A stretch of DNA of 59,650 bases from Chloroflexota bacterium (GCA_022561635.1 JADFQV010000004.1:1-59650); one strand, 5' to 3'; shown: positions 16,034 through 27,144, counted from the stretch's first letter. Notes: generated by a model not told the origin, from the letters alone. Program-made: numbers and translations.

Positions 16034-16718
16034 CGCCCTCGCCCCCTCCGAGGATCGCCGCGATGCGCTCCTCCAGCTCGGACTGTTCGATCGCGCCCTG
16101 CACGTTGGTGCCGCGCTCTTCGGCCTCAAACGGGCCGATGAAGGCGCTCTCGATCACGCCGTCACGACCGATGAAGTAGGTCGCGGGCAAGCCGAGCAGC
16201 CGGTAGTCGTCGCCCACCTCACCGTCGCGGTCGATGAGCACCGGGAAGTCGATGCCGAAGTCTTCGGTGAACGGCCGGATGATCGACTCGCTCTCCTGGA
16301 GGTTCAGACCGATGACCACGAGGCCCTCGTCGCGGTGGGCGTCGTAGGCCGCGACGAACTGCGGCATCTCCTTGCGGCAGGGGCCACACCAGGTCGCCCA
16401 GAAGTTGAGCACTACGGGCTGGCCTCGGAAGTCGCTGAGGCGCGTCTCCTCACCGTCGAGCCCCTGCAGAAGGAAGTCCGGCGCCAGCGCGCCCTCCTCC
16501 GCACTGACGTTCGCGCCGAGTGGAACCATCGCCGCCGGCAGTGCGACCGGGCCGTAGCGCTCGCCGGTGTTGCTTACGCCGCCACCGTCTCCGCCGGCCT
16601 CGAGCCACCAGATGACGGCGGCGATGGCGACAACGACCGCCGCCGGGTACAGCCAGCGGCGGAGGGCGCTGCGACGCTTGGGCGCCGGGCGCGGCAGTTC
16701 GGTGGCGTCATCAGTCAT
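16020..16718 (-). CDS. TlpA/ResA-like thiol-disulfide oxidoreductase
   Basis: N-terminal TM; NFWATWCGPCRKEMP. Confidence 0.9.
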   Translation of the reverse strand: MTDDATELPRPAPKRRSALRRWLYPAAVVVAIAAVIWWLEAGGDGGGVSNTGERYGPVALPAAMVPLGANVSAEEGALAPDFLLQGLDGEETRLSDFRGQPVVLNFWATWCGPCRKEMPQFVAAYDAHRDEGLVVIGLNLQESESIIRPFTEDFGIDFPVLIDRDGEVGDDYRLLGLPATYFIGRDGVIESAFIGPFEAEERGTNVQGAIEQSELEERIAAILGGGEGDGGG

Positions 16719-16755
16719 AGCCAGTAAAGAATACGCCGGTGGGGCGCTGCGGGCA

Positions 16756-17769
16756 TCACTCGCCGAAGAAGGCGTCCGTATAGAGAGCCCGCACGACGTC
16801 CGGCGGATCACCGTCGCCCAGGAAAGAAGAGCCGATGCGCAACTCGAAGTGCAGGTGGTTCTCGACGCCCGGGCTCGCTACCGATTCGAGCGTGCCGGAA
16901 TCGCCGACGAAGCCGACGACCTCACCCTGCGCCACGGTCGCGCCCGCAAGCAGGTCGTCCGGAACACCCTCCAGGTGACTATAGCGCGTAATGAAGCCGT
17001 CTCCGTGATCGATCCAGACCTGGCGCCCCCGGAATCGATCGAGCGAAGCGGTGTCGGTGAAGCCCTGCGCCACCACCTTCGCCAGCAGCTCGTCCAACGT
17101 GCTCTGCGTCAGCGGCTCGTAGATATGGTCCACGCGGATCACCCGGCCCGCCTTCGAGGCGAGCGCCGGCGTGCCCAGCGGGACGTCAACGCAAGCGAAG
17201 TCGGTGAAGAAGTCGACGCCCTCGTGTATTCCGGCGCGGTACTCGCGTGGCGCGTTCGGCATCTGGTTGTCGTCCGACGGGATGCAGGCGCCGGCGACGG
17301 GGATCAGCCAGCCGGTGCCCGCGGGATTGTCGATCTCGATGGTAGGCTCGGGCGCCGGCTCGTCTTCGGGCGGAACGGTCGAGCCGACTATCAGCAAGAC
17401 CTGCCCCACGCTGAGAACCGAGTCCAGCGTCAGTCCGTTCGCAGAGGCCAGCTCCTCGACCGGGATGCCGAAGCGGGCGGCGATATCCCAGAGACTGTCG
17501 CCGCTCACAATCGTGTAGTCGAAGTCGCCGGACGTGGCTGTCGGCGCCGCGGTTGGAGGGGTCGTCAGCGTCGGCGAGGGGGCGGCGGACGGCGTCTGCG
17601 TCACCTCGTCCGCGCCGGACCCGCCACCGCAGGCAGCCGACAGGAAAACGGCGGCCGCGAGGACCGCCGTCGTGGCGAAGCCGATGAGCGTTCGCCTACT
17701 TCTTAACGGGATAGCCCTCTTCCTCCATCGCCGCCTCGATGCCTCCCAGCGGTGTCTGGCCGGGATCAT
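16756..17769 (-). CDS. LysM + M23 peptidase lipoprotein (start uncertain)
   Basis: Lipobox LSAAC; [13 protein letters not shown] LysM; HEGVD and HLHF M23 motifs. Confidence 0.85.
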   Translation of the reverse strand: MIPARHRWEASRRRWRKRAIPLRSRRTLIGFATTAVLAAAVFLSAACGGGSGADEVTQTPSAAPSPTLTTPPTAAPTATSGDFDYTIVSGDSLWDIAARFGIPVEELASANGLTLDSVLSVGQVLLIVGSTVPPEDEPAPEPTIEIDNPAGTGWLIPVAGACIPSDDNQMPNAPREYRAGIHEGVDFFTDFACVDVPLGTPALASKAGRVIRVDHIYEPLTQSTLDELLAKVVAQGFTDTASLDRFRGRQVWIDHGDGFITRYSHLEGVPDDLLAGATVAQGEVVGFVGDSGTLESVASPGVENHLHFELRIGSSFLGDGDPPDVVRALYTDAFFGE

Positions 17770-17905
17770 ATTCGACGACCACCTGCTTGCCGTCCGGATC
17801 GCCGGATACGAACTGCACGCCAGGCAGCTTTTCGACCGACTTGCGTATCGTCTGGATGCAGTGGTCGCAGGATATCTCGGGGGCCTCCAGGGTCGCGCGC
17901 TCCAT
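17696..17905 (-). CDS. copZ: Copper chaperone (HMA domain)
   Basis: GAGGAGG RBS; ISCDHC; MEEEGYPV. Confidence 0.85.
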   Translation of the reverse strand: MERATLEAPEISCDHCIQTIRKSVEKLPGVQFVSGDPDGKQVVVEYDPGQTPLGGIEAAMEEEGYPVKK

Positions 17906-17926
17906 CGTCAACCTCCTCAGTCAACT

Positions 17927-18673
17927 TCAGCGGCGGATTATGCTCCGCCGCGTCGCCAGACGCAACGCTTCGGCGTGCGCCTGCTCTTCTACCATATCGT
18001 CCAGCGGCGCCAGCCGCACGTCGCCGTTCTCCCCGGCCAGCGCCAGGGCGAGGAGGTGGTCAGCGAAGCGCGGGTTCTTGGGCAGCAACGAGCCGTGCAG
18101 GTACGTCCCGTAAACGTTGCGGCAGACGGCGCCCTCGCCACCGTCGTCGCCGTTGTTGCCGAAACCCGTCACGACGCTACCGAGGGGGCGCGCCCGCGGG
18201 CCCAGGTGCGTTCGCCCACCGTGGTTCTCGAAGCCGACCAGCGTCTCCCCCTCCCACTCGATGACCACGTTGCCGATGAAGCGCTTGGCGTCCGGCCCCG
18301 GGTGCTCCGTCCAGAGGTCGAGCAGGCCGACGCCCGGCAGCTCCCCACCATCCGCCGAGCGATAGTACGCGCCCATCAGCTGATAACCGCCGCAGACGGC
18401 CAGCAGCACGCCGTCGCGTTCAACGTACTCCTGGAGCGCCTCGCCTTTGACGTCGCGCAGGTCGTCCACCACGCGGCGCTGTTCGGCGTCCTGCGCGCCG
18501 CCGATGAAGACGAGATCGTAAGCGCCGGGATCGAAGGCGTCGCCGATCGAAAGCTCGTCAAGCTCGAACTCGATCTCGCGGCCCCTGCAGCGACGCTCGA
18601 AGCACATGATGTTGCCGCGATCACCGTAGATGTTCATCAGCTTCGGGTAGAGGTGCGCGAGACGTAATTTCAC
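17927..18673 (-). CDS. gatD: Lipid II isoglutaminyl synthase glutaminase subunit (CobQ-like)
   Basis: MNIYGDRGN, AVCGGYQL, GFENHGG, TYLHGSLLPKNP. Confidence 0.9.
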   Translation of the reverse strand: MKLRLAHLYPKLMNIYGDRGNIMCFERRCRGREIEFELDELSIGDAFDPGAYDLVFIGGAQDAEQRRVVDDLRDVKGEALQEYVERDGVLLAVCGGYQLMGAYYRSADGGELPGVGLLDLWTEHPGPDAKRFIGNVVIEWEGETLVGFENHGGRTHLGPRARPLGSVVTGFGNNGDDGGEGAVCRNVYGTYLHGSLLPKNPRFADHLLALALAGENGDVRLAPLDDMVEEQAHAEALRLATRRSIIRR

Positions 18674-20064
18674 CGCGCGTCGCCCTCCCAGAATGCCCCG
18701 CGGCCCGACCAGCGGCCGAGGATGTTGCGCACGTCCAGCATCGCCGTGTAGGTCGGAATCACGTACAGCGTGCCGCCCTCCGGCGTGGCGGCGATCGCCT
18801 GCCGCAGCGCCAGCTTGGCATCGTGCTCGACTTCAGGCCGCTCACCAAGGCCGGCGTACTTCAGGCGCAACGCCATGTCCCAGGCGCGCCGCCCGGAGAC
18901 GACGAGCGAGGCGACGCCCCCGGACAACAGCTCGAAGTCGACGTCCCAGATCCAGGAGATGTCCCGCCCGTCGGCGATATCGTCGTTGAGGAAGACGGCC
19001 AGGTGCTTCGGCGCGCCGTCCGCGGTGATGGTGCGGATCACCTGGTTCACGCCCGCCGGGTTCTTGGCGAGGATCACCTGCACCTCGCGGCCGTCGACCG
19101 CCAGCCGTTCCTGGCGCCCGAACGCGGCGGTGACACCGGCCAGACCCTGCTCGATCGCCTTCGTTTCGATGCCTAGCGCAACGGCGAGGGCGGTCGCCGC
19201 GGCGGCGTTATAGGCGTTGTAGAGGCCGACGAGCGGCAGGCGCACACTAACTTCGCCGGCGAGCGTCCTCAGCGTCACGTTCATCCCATCGTTCGCCGTC
19301 GTCAGCGCCGAGACGGCGACGTCCGGCGTTGGCCGCGCGCGGTGGCAGCCGGGGCAGCGCCAGTGGCCGAGATGTCCGTAGAACACCACCGCGTACTCCA
19401 ACTCGGACCCGCAGGCGTAACACCAGCGCGCGTCCGCGGCGTGCTCCAGCGACCCGCCGGCCTGCGTCTCATCGTCGACGCCGTAGAGGACAACCTTGCC
19501 CAGCGCGACGTCTGAAAGAGAGGCGACGGCCGGATCGTCGGCGTTCAGCGCCAGCGTCACCTCGGCCGGGAAGGAGCGCACGGCCGCCCGCCAGAGGGTG
19601 GCGACGGTCTCAACTTCGCCGTAGCGGTCGAGCTGATCGCGGAAGAGGTTCGTGAAGAGCACGGCCCGGGGTTCGACGCTGCGGGCGACCAGCGGCATCG
19701 TCGCCTCGTCCACCTCGAAGATGCCGATGCGCTTCTTGGGCGCCGAAAAGCTGCCGTCCCAGCGTACCGATCCGGCGAGGGCCGCGGCGACACCGCGCAT
19801 CATGTTCGAGCCCTCGCGGTTCGCCACCGGCCGCAGGCCGGCCTTCCGGCAGATGCCGCGCACCATGCGCGCCGTCGTCGTCTTGCCGTTGGTGCCGGTG
19901 ACGAGCGCGCTGCCCTGCCCCAGGCGCGCAGCCAGCGTCGGCACAAGGCCGGGATCGAGGCGTTCGGCGACCAGGCCGGGGAGCGCCGTTCCGCCGCCGC
20001 GACGCAGGCCGCGGCTGAGCGCGGCGACGGTGCGGGCGGCGAGGATGGCGGCAGTTAGTCTCAC
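18670..20064 (-). CDS. murT: Lipid II isoglutaminyl synthase, Mur ligase subunit
   Basis: GTNGKTTT, NLFRDQLDRYGE, two CxxC pairs, KNPAG, DGRDISWIWD, PTYTAML; GTG 20064 lies 7 nt after TAGAAT. Confidence 0.9.
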   Translation of the reverse strand: MRLTAAILAARTVAALSRGLRRGGGTALPGLVAERLDPGLVPTLAARLGQGSALVTGTNGKTTTARMVRGICRKAGLRPVANREGSNMMRGVAAALAGSVRWDGSFSAPKKRIGIFEVDEATMPLVARSVEPRAVLFTNLFRDQLDRYGEVETVATLWRAAVRSFPAEVTLALNADDPAVASLSDVALGKVVLYGVDDETQAGGSLEHAADARWCYACGSELEYAVVFYGHLGHWRCPGCHRARPTPDVAVSALTTANDGMNVTLRTLAGEVSVRLPLVGLYNAYNAAAATALAVALGIETKAIEQGLAGVTAAFGRQERLAVDGREVQVILAKNPAGVNQVIRTITADGAPKHLAVFLNDDIADGRDISWIWDVDFELLSGGVASLVVSGRRAWDMALRLKYAGLGERPEVEHDAKLALRQAIAATPEGGTLYVIPTYTAMLDVRNILGRWSGRGAFWEGDAR

Positions 20065-20118
20065 GTCTGAGATTCTAAACGCTTGCCATCTCTGACGGTG
20101 ACGGTGACAATGCGTGAG

Positions 20119-21342
20119 ATGTCTATCGAATATCGCCACATCAAGGACGAGGACTTCGAGGAGATCGCGAAACTGGAAGCGATCGCCTTCTATGGCCGTC
20201 CGCGCGAAGAGGACACCGCCCTGATGCGCAAGAACTTCCAGCCGGAGTGGACACTAGCCGCCTTCGACGACGGCAAGCCTGTCGCCTCCGTTCGCACGCT
20301 CCCCAGCGTGCGCCTGATGCACGGCACGAAGACTCCGTTCGGACTGATCTCACCAGTGACCTGCTACGCGGCTTATCGGCGACAGGGGCACGTGGCGAAG
20401 CTGCTCGTGCGGTCGCTGGAGCTGATGAAGGAGCGTGGGCAGCCAATCTCGGGGCTCTACACTCCGCATGACGCGCTCTACCGCCGCTACGGCTGGGAGC
20501 GCGCCGAGGAGAAGCGTAGCCTCAGCTTCGATCCCGGCCGGCTCGAGTTCCGCACACCGGCCCCACGCGGGAAGACACGGCCGGCGACCCAGGACGACTG
20601 GAAGACGCTCGACGCCATCTACCGCCAGCACGTCGATCCGCTCAACGGAGCGCTCATTCGCGTCGAGAATTGGTGGCGGTTCTTCGTCCTGATCGACTTT
20701 GAAAGCAAGGGCCAGCGGGAACGCGACATCGTGGTCTGGGTGGACGAGTCAGGCGAAGACCGGGGCTACGTCGTCTACCAGAACCGCCCGACGGGACAGC
20801 GGGAAAACGGCTGGCCGCAACAAGAGATCTTTTTGCGCGACTTCGTAGCGCTCGACGCCGGCGCTTACCGCGGCCTCTGGCAGCACATCCTGACGCACGA
20901 TCTGGCGTCAAACGTCGTCTACGAGTCGCACCCGGATGACCCGTTCGTGGACCTCTGCGAGGATCCGTTCGTCGTCACGGTGAAGCGGGGCGAGGGGCCG
21001 ATGATCCGGATCGTGGACGTCGAGGGCGCGATCGCCTCCCGGCCGTACTCCGGCGGCAGTTCAGCGTCGTTCACCGTGCGCATCAGCGACGAGAGCGCGC
21101 CCTGGAACGAGGGCGTCTGGCACCTCGAAGCTGGCGAAGGCGGGATGCGTGCCAAAAAGACGGACGCCGCAGCCGACGTCGAGATGAGCGTCAACTTCCT
21201 GGCGCCGCTTTACACCGGCTTCCGGACGGCGGAAACGCTGGCGGCCGCCGGCATGATCACGGTGCACAGGGCCGAGGCGCTGGCCGAGATCACGAACGCC
21301 TTCGCGGTCACCGACCCACCGTTCACGCAAGACTACTACTAG
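20119..21342 (+). CDS. Eis-like GNAT acetyltransferase with C-terminal SCP2-like domain
   Basis: YRRQGHVAKLL, LYRRYGWE, RIVDVEGA, APWNEG; promoter TTGCCA-17-GACAAT at 20083-20111. Confidence 0.85.
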   Translation: MSIEYRHIKDEDFEEIAKLEAIAFYGRPREEDTALMRKNFQPEWTLAAFDDGKPVASVRTLPSVRLMHGTKTPFGLISPVTCYAAYRRQGHVAKLLVRSLELMKERGQPISGLYTPHDALYRRYGWERAEEKRSLSFDPGRLEFRTPAPRGKTRPATQDDWKTLDAIYRQHVDPLNGALIRVENWWRFFVLIDFESKGQRERDIVVWVDESGEDRGYVVYQNRPTGQRENGWPQQEIFLRDFVALDAGAYRGLWQHILTHDLASNVVYESHPDDPFVDLCEDPFVVTVKRGEGPMIRIVDVEGAIASRPYSGGSSASFTVRISDESAPWNEGVWHLEAGEGGMRAKKTDAAADVEMSVNFLAPLYTGFRTAETLAAAGMITVHRAEALAEITNAFAVTDPPFTQDYY

Positions 21343-22199
21343 CCGCGGCGGCTCTCGATCAGGGCCCGCATCTCGCCGCGCGACAGGCCGTCCTCCAGCG
21401 ACGTCATCGTTCCGGGGCCGAGCAGCTCTTCGGACAGCTTTTTGACTCCGCCCACAGCCGCGAAGAGAAACATGCTTCCGAAGCTGACGCGGGCGACACC
21501 CAGCTCCTGCAGCTCAGGCACGCTGGGCGAGCCGGGACCAGCGATGACGCTGACCGGCGCCGGCACCTCCGCGGCGAACGTGCGGATCGTCTCGCTGTCC
21601 GTGATGCCCCAGGTGAAGACGCACTCGGCGCCGGCTTCGGCGAAGGCCTGCCCACGACGGACCGCCTCGGCGAGCGCCGCCGGCGGGTCATCGCGCAGCG
21701 CCAGGAAGGCGTCGGTGCGGGCGTTGAGCAGGAACTCGGAGCCCAGCTCCCGGCGGGCGTCCATGAAGGCGGCGATCTTCTCCAGCTGTCCCTCGAGCGG
21801 CAGGAGCGAGAGTCCGTCGTCTCCGTGCACGCCGTCCTCCATGTTCATGCCGACGACGCCGCCCGCGACGAACGCGCGCACGGTCTCCCTCACCTCGTCG
21901 GGGCCACCGAAGCCGTCCTCGCCGTCAGCGTTGACCGGCACGTCGACGGCACCGGCGATCTCGCTCATCAGCGCGACCGTCCGCTCGCGGCCGACGTTGC
22001 GGTCCGGCCGACCGGAGGCGTTGGCGATCGCCGAGCTGCTACCCTGCACGGCCTTGAAGCCGAGGTGCTGGAAGAGGAGCGCGCTGAGGACGTTGAACGC
22101 GCCGGGCATGATCAGGATTTCGGGCGCTTGCAGCAGGTCGCGCAGGCGGCGGCATTTCTCGTTGGTGGCGGCTATTAGATCAGCGGAAACTTCTGGCAC
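21339..22199 (-). CDS. Isocitrate lyase/PEP mutase family protein
   Basis: PVNADGEDGFG, GMNMEDG, LNARTD, EAGAECVF. Confidence 0.88.
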   Translation of the reverse strand: MPEVSADLIAATNEKCRRLRDLLQAPEILIMPGAFNVLSALLFQHLGFKAVQGSSSAIANASGRPDRNVGRERTVALMSEIAGAVDVPVNADGEDGFGGPDEVRETVRAFVAGGVVGMNMEDGVHGDDGLSLLPLEGQLEKIAAFMDARRELGSEFLLNARTDAFLALRDDPPAALAEAVRRGQAFAEAGAECVFTWGITDSETIRTFAAEVPAPVSVIAGPGSPSVPELQELGVARVSFGSMFLFAAVGGVKKLSEELLGPGTMTSLEDGLSRGEMRALIESRRG

Positions 22200-22285
22200 G
22201 GGTCACCTCCGCCGCCAGAGTATACCGGGGCCGCCGGGCGTCGGCTAGACGACTTCGTCGGCCCGGCGTTGGCTTGCGCTCAGTG

Positions 22286-22687
22286 TCACTTCGTCGCGTA
22301 CTTCTCCGGCTCCGCGTCGAACGACTCTTTGCAGTTGAGGTTGCAGAAGTAGTGCGTCTGCCCCTCGAACTCCGAGGAACCCGCGGCCTTTGCGGGGTCG
22401 ATCTCCATCCCGCAGACGGGATCCTTGACGAGCTTCTCCAGGACAACCTCCTCCGAAACGGTGGACTCCGTCGTTTCTCTGCCAGCCCGCTCCCGCAGCA
22501 GCGAAGGCACGATCGGCATGAGGATGATCATCGTCAGCAGGAAGACCCATCCCGCGCCGCCGATGCGCGCCACCCAGCCGTAGCCGGCGGCGGTCGCCAG
22601 GCCGAAGAGGACAACCGCGGCGAGCGACGCACTAGCCGTGTAGATGACGGCCGAAACCGTGTTCACGTTGTCGTCGCTGATCCTCAT
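22286..22687 (-). CDS. Two-TM membrane protein with C-terminal YHS domain
   Basis: KDPVCGMEID...HYFCNLNCKESFDAEPEKY. Confidence 0.85.
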   Translation of the reverse strand: MRISDDNVNTVSAVIYTASASLAAVVLFGLATAAGYGWVARIGGAGWVFLLTMIILMPIVPSLLRERAGRETTESTVSEEVVLEKLVKDPVCGMEIDPAKAAGSSEFEGQTHYFCNLNCKESFDAEPEKYATK

Positions 22688-23913
22688 CGCTTGGCCTCCA
22701 AAGCTTCATCGGTCTGAGATCTCTGCGTGCTCTCGTATCGCTCGATCATCGCCCGGATGAAGTCGTACGCCTTCACGACGGAACCGATGTCAACGTTATC
22801 CGGGGTATCTGTGCTCCAGTGGTAGTGGGGGATGAAGCCGGCAGCGTTGACAGAGGCAACCGTGACAGCCGGTATCCCGCGGTGTGTAGCGACAAGAGCG
22901 TCACTGGCGAATGGAGCAGTCTTGACGGCGCGAACTCCCGTGGAGCTGGGATCACGGGCTGCCCTGGCGGCGAGATCGAGCGCAGCCTCATCGTATCGGT
23001 AGCGCCGGAGGAAACCTTCGCCTTCAAAGTAGACGACCTCGCCGGAGCCGCACATCTCAATCGCGATGAACAAGGGCTGCTTCTGGCGCAGCTCTTCTTG
23101 ATGTCGTTCTAGTAACGCCTTGATGCCTCCCAAAAAGCCCTCTTCGCTTCCCGTTGACACAAACCACACATCCAGGCCTTCGGGCGGCGCTGAGGCGATG
23201 CTCTCAGCGAGCGCGAGCAAGACAGCGACGCCGCTGGCGTTGTCATTGGCACCAGGTGATACAGGCGAGCGCGAGTTATCGAAGAACAATGCAGCATACG
23301 CAAGACACACGAGGCCTCCTGCAATAAGCAACCCGCTCGTGATCGCGCCGCCGGCCCCGATCGCCGACATGGAGGCGGCCACAGTCACGATCAGAATCGC
23401 GATGAAGAGGATGTACAGGGGTGGCGGTGAGCCGCGGCCGCGCGCAATCAACCAGGGGTGAAACGCTGATCCCGAGCGCGCGGCGTCGTGATGTGCACCA
23501 ATCAGCAGGGTCGCAGACGCCGCCCGGTTGCCCGATCGCGCCAGCACGTTCCAAGAGACGCGCTTGGGGAAAAGGCTGCCCAGCAGCCGAAATCGTGCAG
23601 TCAGTTCGCCCCAGACGGAGATGGCGACGATAGCTGCGACAATGGCACCGGCGACGGCGAGCTGCTGTCCAAAGAAGAGAGGGAGGCTGGCTGCCACAGC
23701 CGCCACGAGCAAGTGCGAGCCCCAGATAACGCCGTAGTCCGGGTTAAAACGGAAAGACTCGATCTCTGCTGACAGACCCAAGCCAGCCAGCCGCTCGCGC
23801 AGCCAGTCAGCCGCTGCGTGCTCGCCTGCCGACGCAGGTGGTCGTGGGATCGCTGCCAGGGCGCGAATGTCGGCCGCCATCCGAGTTGCCAGACCGACCT
23901 GCCCCCCGTCCAC
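22684..23913 (-). CDS. Membrane-embedded M28-family metallopeptidase
   Basis: GAHHD, GANDNASG, GSEE, SDA, HYHWSTD; internal TM helices. Confidence 0.85.
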   Translation of the reverse strand: MDGGQVGLATRMAADIRALAAIPRPPASAGEHAAADWLRERLAGLGLSAEIESFRFNPDYGVIWGSHLLVAAVAASLPLFFGQQLAVAGAIVAAIVAISVWGELTARFRLLGSLFPKRVSWNVLARSGNRAASATLLIGAHHDAARSGSAFHPWLIARGRGSPPPLYILFIAILIVTVAASMSAIGAGGAITSGLLIAGGLVCLAYAALFFDNSRSPVSPGANDNASGVAVLLALAESIASAPPEGLDVWFVSTGSEEGFLGGIKALLERHQEELRQKQPLFIAIEMCGSGEVVYFEGEGFLRRYRYDEAALDLAARAARDPSSTGVRAVKTAPFASDALVATHRGIPAVTVASVNAAGFIPHYHWSTDTPDNVDIGSVVKAYDFIRAMIERYESTQRSQTDEALEAKR

Positions 23914-26484
23914 TCAGGCCTCCCGCGCGAACTGCGCCTGCTCCGCGAGCGCGTCACGTTCGGCCGGAGCCGACGGTGGGCCGCGCCTGATCGGCGGCGT
24001 GTAGCCGCGCATGCGAAGCGTGTTCATCGTCACGGAGAAGCTGCTCGTGGCCATGAGGAGCGCGGCCAGCTCGGGGCTCACGATCTGCGTCACCCACGGG
24101 TAGAGGATGCCGGCCGCCAGCGGCAGCATCGCCGCGTTGTATCCGAACGCCCAACCGAGGTTCTGGCGCACCAGGCGCATCGTCTGCCGCGAGATCTGGA
24201 TCGCGGCTATCACATCGAGGATATCGTCGCGAATCAGGATCACGTTGCCGGTCTCGCGAGCGACGTCCGTGCCACTGCCCAGCGCGATGCCGACGTCGGC
24301 CTGCGCCAACGCCGGCGCGTCGTTGACGCCGTCGCCGACCATCGCCACGACCTGTCCGGACTCCTGCAGCTTCTTGACCTCGGCCGCCTTCTCGCCCGGC
24401 AGCACCTCGGCGAGGACGCGGTCGATCCCGAGGGCGCGGCCGATGGCGTCAGCGGTGCGCCTGTTGTCGCCCGTGATCATGGCGACCTCCATGCCGAGGG
24501 CCTTCAGCTCGCGCACCGCGCGCTCGGACGTCTCCTTCAGAGTGTCCGCGACGGCGACGATTCCAACAGCCGCGCCATCTCGGGCGACGAACATCACGGT
24601 CTTGCCTTCGATCTCCAGGCGCTCGACCTCGTCCAGCAAGGCATCGATGTCCACGCCGCGGTCGGCCATCAAGCGCCGGTTGCCGAGGAGGACCCGCGCG
24701 CCGTCCACGGTCGCCTCGACGCCGTGGCCCGGGATCGAGTCGAATCCCTCGGGCTGCGGCACGGAGAGACCGCGCTCGCGGGCGCCCTGGACGATCGCAT
24801 CACCGAGCGGATGCTCGGAGTCGCGTTCGACGGAGGCGGCGAGGGCGAGCACTTCGTCCGAGGTGACATCGGTGACCGACGGCTCGCCTTTCGTTAGCGT
24901 GCCGGTCTTGTCGAGAATGACGGTGCGGACGCGGGAGGTGGCCTCGACGGCGTCTGCGCCCTTGAACAGGATGCCGAACTCAGCGCCCTTGCCGGTGCCG
25001 GCCATCATCGCCGCCGGCGTTGCCAGGCCGACGGCGCAGGGGCAGGAGATGATAAGAACGGTGACGGAGACCAGGAGCGCGAAGCCGAACACCTCCAGTT
25101 CGCCCAGGTCGTACGGCGTCAGGACGAGGCGCGTGGCTTCGGAGAAAAAGAGGTCATAGCCGGCGAAGAACCAGAAGAGGAACACGACCAGCGCCAGCGC
25201 GTGCACGGCGAGGATGAAGTTGCCGGCGACGCGGTCAGCCAGCGCCTGGATCGGCGCCTTCGTCGTCTGCGCTTCCTCCACGAGCCGGATGATCTGAGCG
25301 ATCGCGGTGTCGGCACCGACGCGGCCGGCCTCGAAGCGGAAGGCCCCCGTCTTGTTGATCGCGCCGGCGATCACGTTGTCGCCCTCGCGCTTCTCGACGG
25401 GTATGCTCTCGCCGGTGATAACGGACTCGTCCACCGCCGAGTAGCCTGAGACGACGACTCCGTCGACCGGGATCGCGTCGCCCGGCCGCACGGCGACTAT
25501 GTCGCCGACCTCGACCTCGTCTGCCGGAATCTCGATCTCCTTGCCGCCACGAACGACGGTGGCCCGGCGCGGACGCAGCTTCATCAGCTTGCGGATCGCC
25601 TCGGACGTACGGCCGCGGGTGAGCGCCTCAAGATAACGGCCGAGCACGATGAAGGCGATGAGGAGCGCGGCGGCCTCGAAGTAGATGGCGTTTTCGCCGC
25701 CGAAGCCGGCGTCAGGAAAGAACGTGTTGATGACGGCGATCCCGTAGGCAGCGCCGATGCCAGTGGCGTACAACAGGTTCATGTCGGTGACGCCCCGGCG
25801 CAGGCCGTTCCACGAGTGCACGAAGAACTGACGGCCCGGACCTAACACCAGCGGCGTCGTCAGCGCGAAGAGAAGATACTTATTGCTGAGCCAGTCCGGC
25901 ATGAAGCTGTCCAGGGGCGCGAACTTCGATAACGTGAAGAGCATGACGAGCAGCCCAAGCGGCCAGGCGATGAGCATGGCCCGCGTCTGGCGCTTGAGCT
26001 CCTCCTGCCGCAGCTTTCGCTCGCGGTCGATGCCTTCTTCGCCTTCGCCGCGGTCTTCCACCTCGTAGCCGAGGGCACGGATCGTCTTCTTTATCTCGGC
26101 GGCGGAGACGGCGGAGTCGAGGAAGTCGACTGTCACCGTGTCTGTCGCGAAGTTGAACGCAACGTCTCGAATGCCGGGGAGGCCGCGCACGGCGGGTCCT
26201 ATGACGTGCTCGCAGTGGCCCGCTGTCATGCCGAGCACGAGCAGGCTGATCTTCGCGCCCGGCACGTCGTAGCCGATCTCCTCGACGCGCTCGACCATCG
26301 CCGGCACGTCGCAGGCGGACGGGTCGTAGACGATGCCCGCTTTGCCGGCGCTGAGGTTAACGGTCGCTGCGTCGACGCCGGGCAGGTCGTTGAGCGTCTT
26401 TTCGACTTTGCGCACGCAGGCGGCGCAGGTCATCCCCGCAATGGGGATCGAGATTTCCTTGCGATCAGTGGTCGCTTTAGCCAT
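23914..26484 (-). CDS. copA: Cu(I)-translocating P1B-1 ATPase
   Basis: [38 protein letters not shown]. Confidence 0.96.
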   Translation of the reverse strand: MAKATTDRKEISIPIAGMTCAACVRKVEKTLNDLPGVDAATVNLSAGKAGIVYDPSACDVPAMVERVEEIGYDVPGAKISLLVLGMTAGHCEHVIGPAVRGLPGIRDVAFNFATDTVTVDFLDSAVSAAEIKKTIRALGYEVEDRGEGEEGIDRERKLRQEELKRQTRAMLIAWPLGLLVMLFTLSKFAPLDSFMPDWLSNKYLLFALTTPLVLGPGRQFFVHSWNGLRRGVTDMNLLYATGIGAAYGIAVINTFFPDAGFGGENAIYFEAAALLIAFIVLGRYLEALTRGRTSEAIRKLMKLRPRRATVVRGGKEIEIPADEVEVGDIVAVRPGDAIPVDGVVVSGYSAVDESVITGESIPVEKREGDNVIAGAINKTGAFRFEAGRVGADTAIAQIIRLVEEAQTTKAPIQALADRVAGNFILAVHALALVVFLFWFFAGYDLFFSEATRLVLTPYDLGELEVFGFALLVSVTVLIISCPCAVGLATPAAMMAGTGKGAEFGILFKGADAVEATSRVRTVILDKTGTLTKGEPSVTDVTSDEVLALAASVERDSEHPLGDAIVQGARERGLSVPQPEGFDSIPGHGVEATVDGARVLLGNRRLMADRGVDIDALLDEVERLEIEGKTVMFVARDGAAVGIVAVADTLKETSERAVRELKALGMEVAMITGDNRRTADAIGRALGIDRVLAEVLPGEKAAEVKKLQESGQVVAMVGDGVNDAPALAQADVGIALGSGTDVARETGNVILIRDDILDVIAAIQISRQTMRLVRQNLGWAFGYNAAMLPLAAGILYPWVTQIVSPELAALLMATSSFSVTMNTLRMRGYTPPIRRGPPSAPAERDALAEQAQFAREA

Positions 26485-26490
26485 CGCTGT

Positions 26491-27135
26491 CTATCCTTCC
26501 GCGCGGATGAAGATCGCCAGGGGGCTCTTCACGTCCAGCAGCTCGACGCGCTCGAAGCCAGCTTCGCTGATGATCGAGCGCAGCTGTTCGGCGTAGTCGT
26601 CCGGCAGGCGGTGGCCGATCAGGTGCGAGAGGAAACCGACGAAGCCTCGGCTGGGCTTGAGGTCGACGACAACGAGCCTGCCGCCGGGCTTCAGCACGCG
26701 TTTCACCTCTGCCAGACCGCGCAGCTTAAGGTCGTCCGGTAAGTGGTGGATCATGAAGCTGCTGAGGGCGGCGTCGAATTCACCGTCGGCGAACGGCAGG
26801 TCCTCTATAGGCGCAACCCGGAAGTCGACGTCGCGGCCCTTCTTCGCCGCCTTGCGCCGGGCGATCTTGATCATGTCTGGGGAGGCGTCGATGCCGGCAG
26901 AGCGGCCTTCCTCGCCGACGCGTCGCGCAGCCCGCAGCGTCAGGTCCCCCGTGCCGCAGCCAACGTCGAGCACTGCCTCGCCGGCCTTCAGGCGCGCGGC
27001 TCTCACCGCCGACTTGCGAGCGCCCGGCATCGAGCCAAGCGTCACGGCCCAGGTGCAAGCGTCGTACAAGTGTGCCCACCAGGTGATCGTCGCGCCAGCG
27101 GTCTCCGGAACACGGTCGTGAGTATGAGTCGTCAT
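26491..27135 (-). CDS. Class I SAM-dependent methyltransferase (UbiE-like)
   Basis: VLDVGCGTG, EDLPFADGEFD, RVLKPGG. Confidence 0.9.
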   Translation of the reverse strand: MTTHTHDRVPETAGATITWWAHLYDACTWAVTLGSMPGARKSAVRAARLKAGEAVLDVGCGTGDLTLRAARRVGEEGRSAGIDASPDMIKIARRKAAKKGRDVDFRVAPIEDLPFADGEFDAALSSFMIHHLPDDLKLRGLAEVKRVLKPGGRLVVVDLKPSRGFVGFLSHLIGHRLPDDYAEQLRSIISEAGFERVELLDVKSPLAIFIRAEG

Positions 27136-27144
27136 GCTGCCCCC

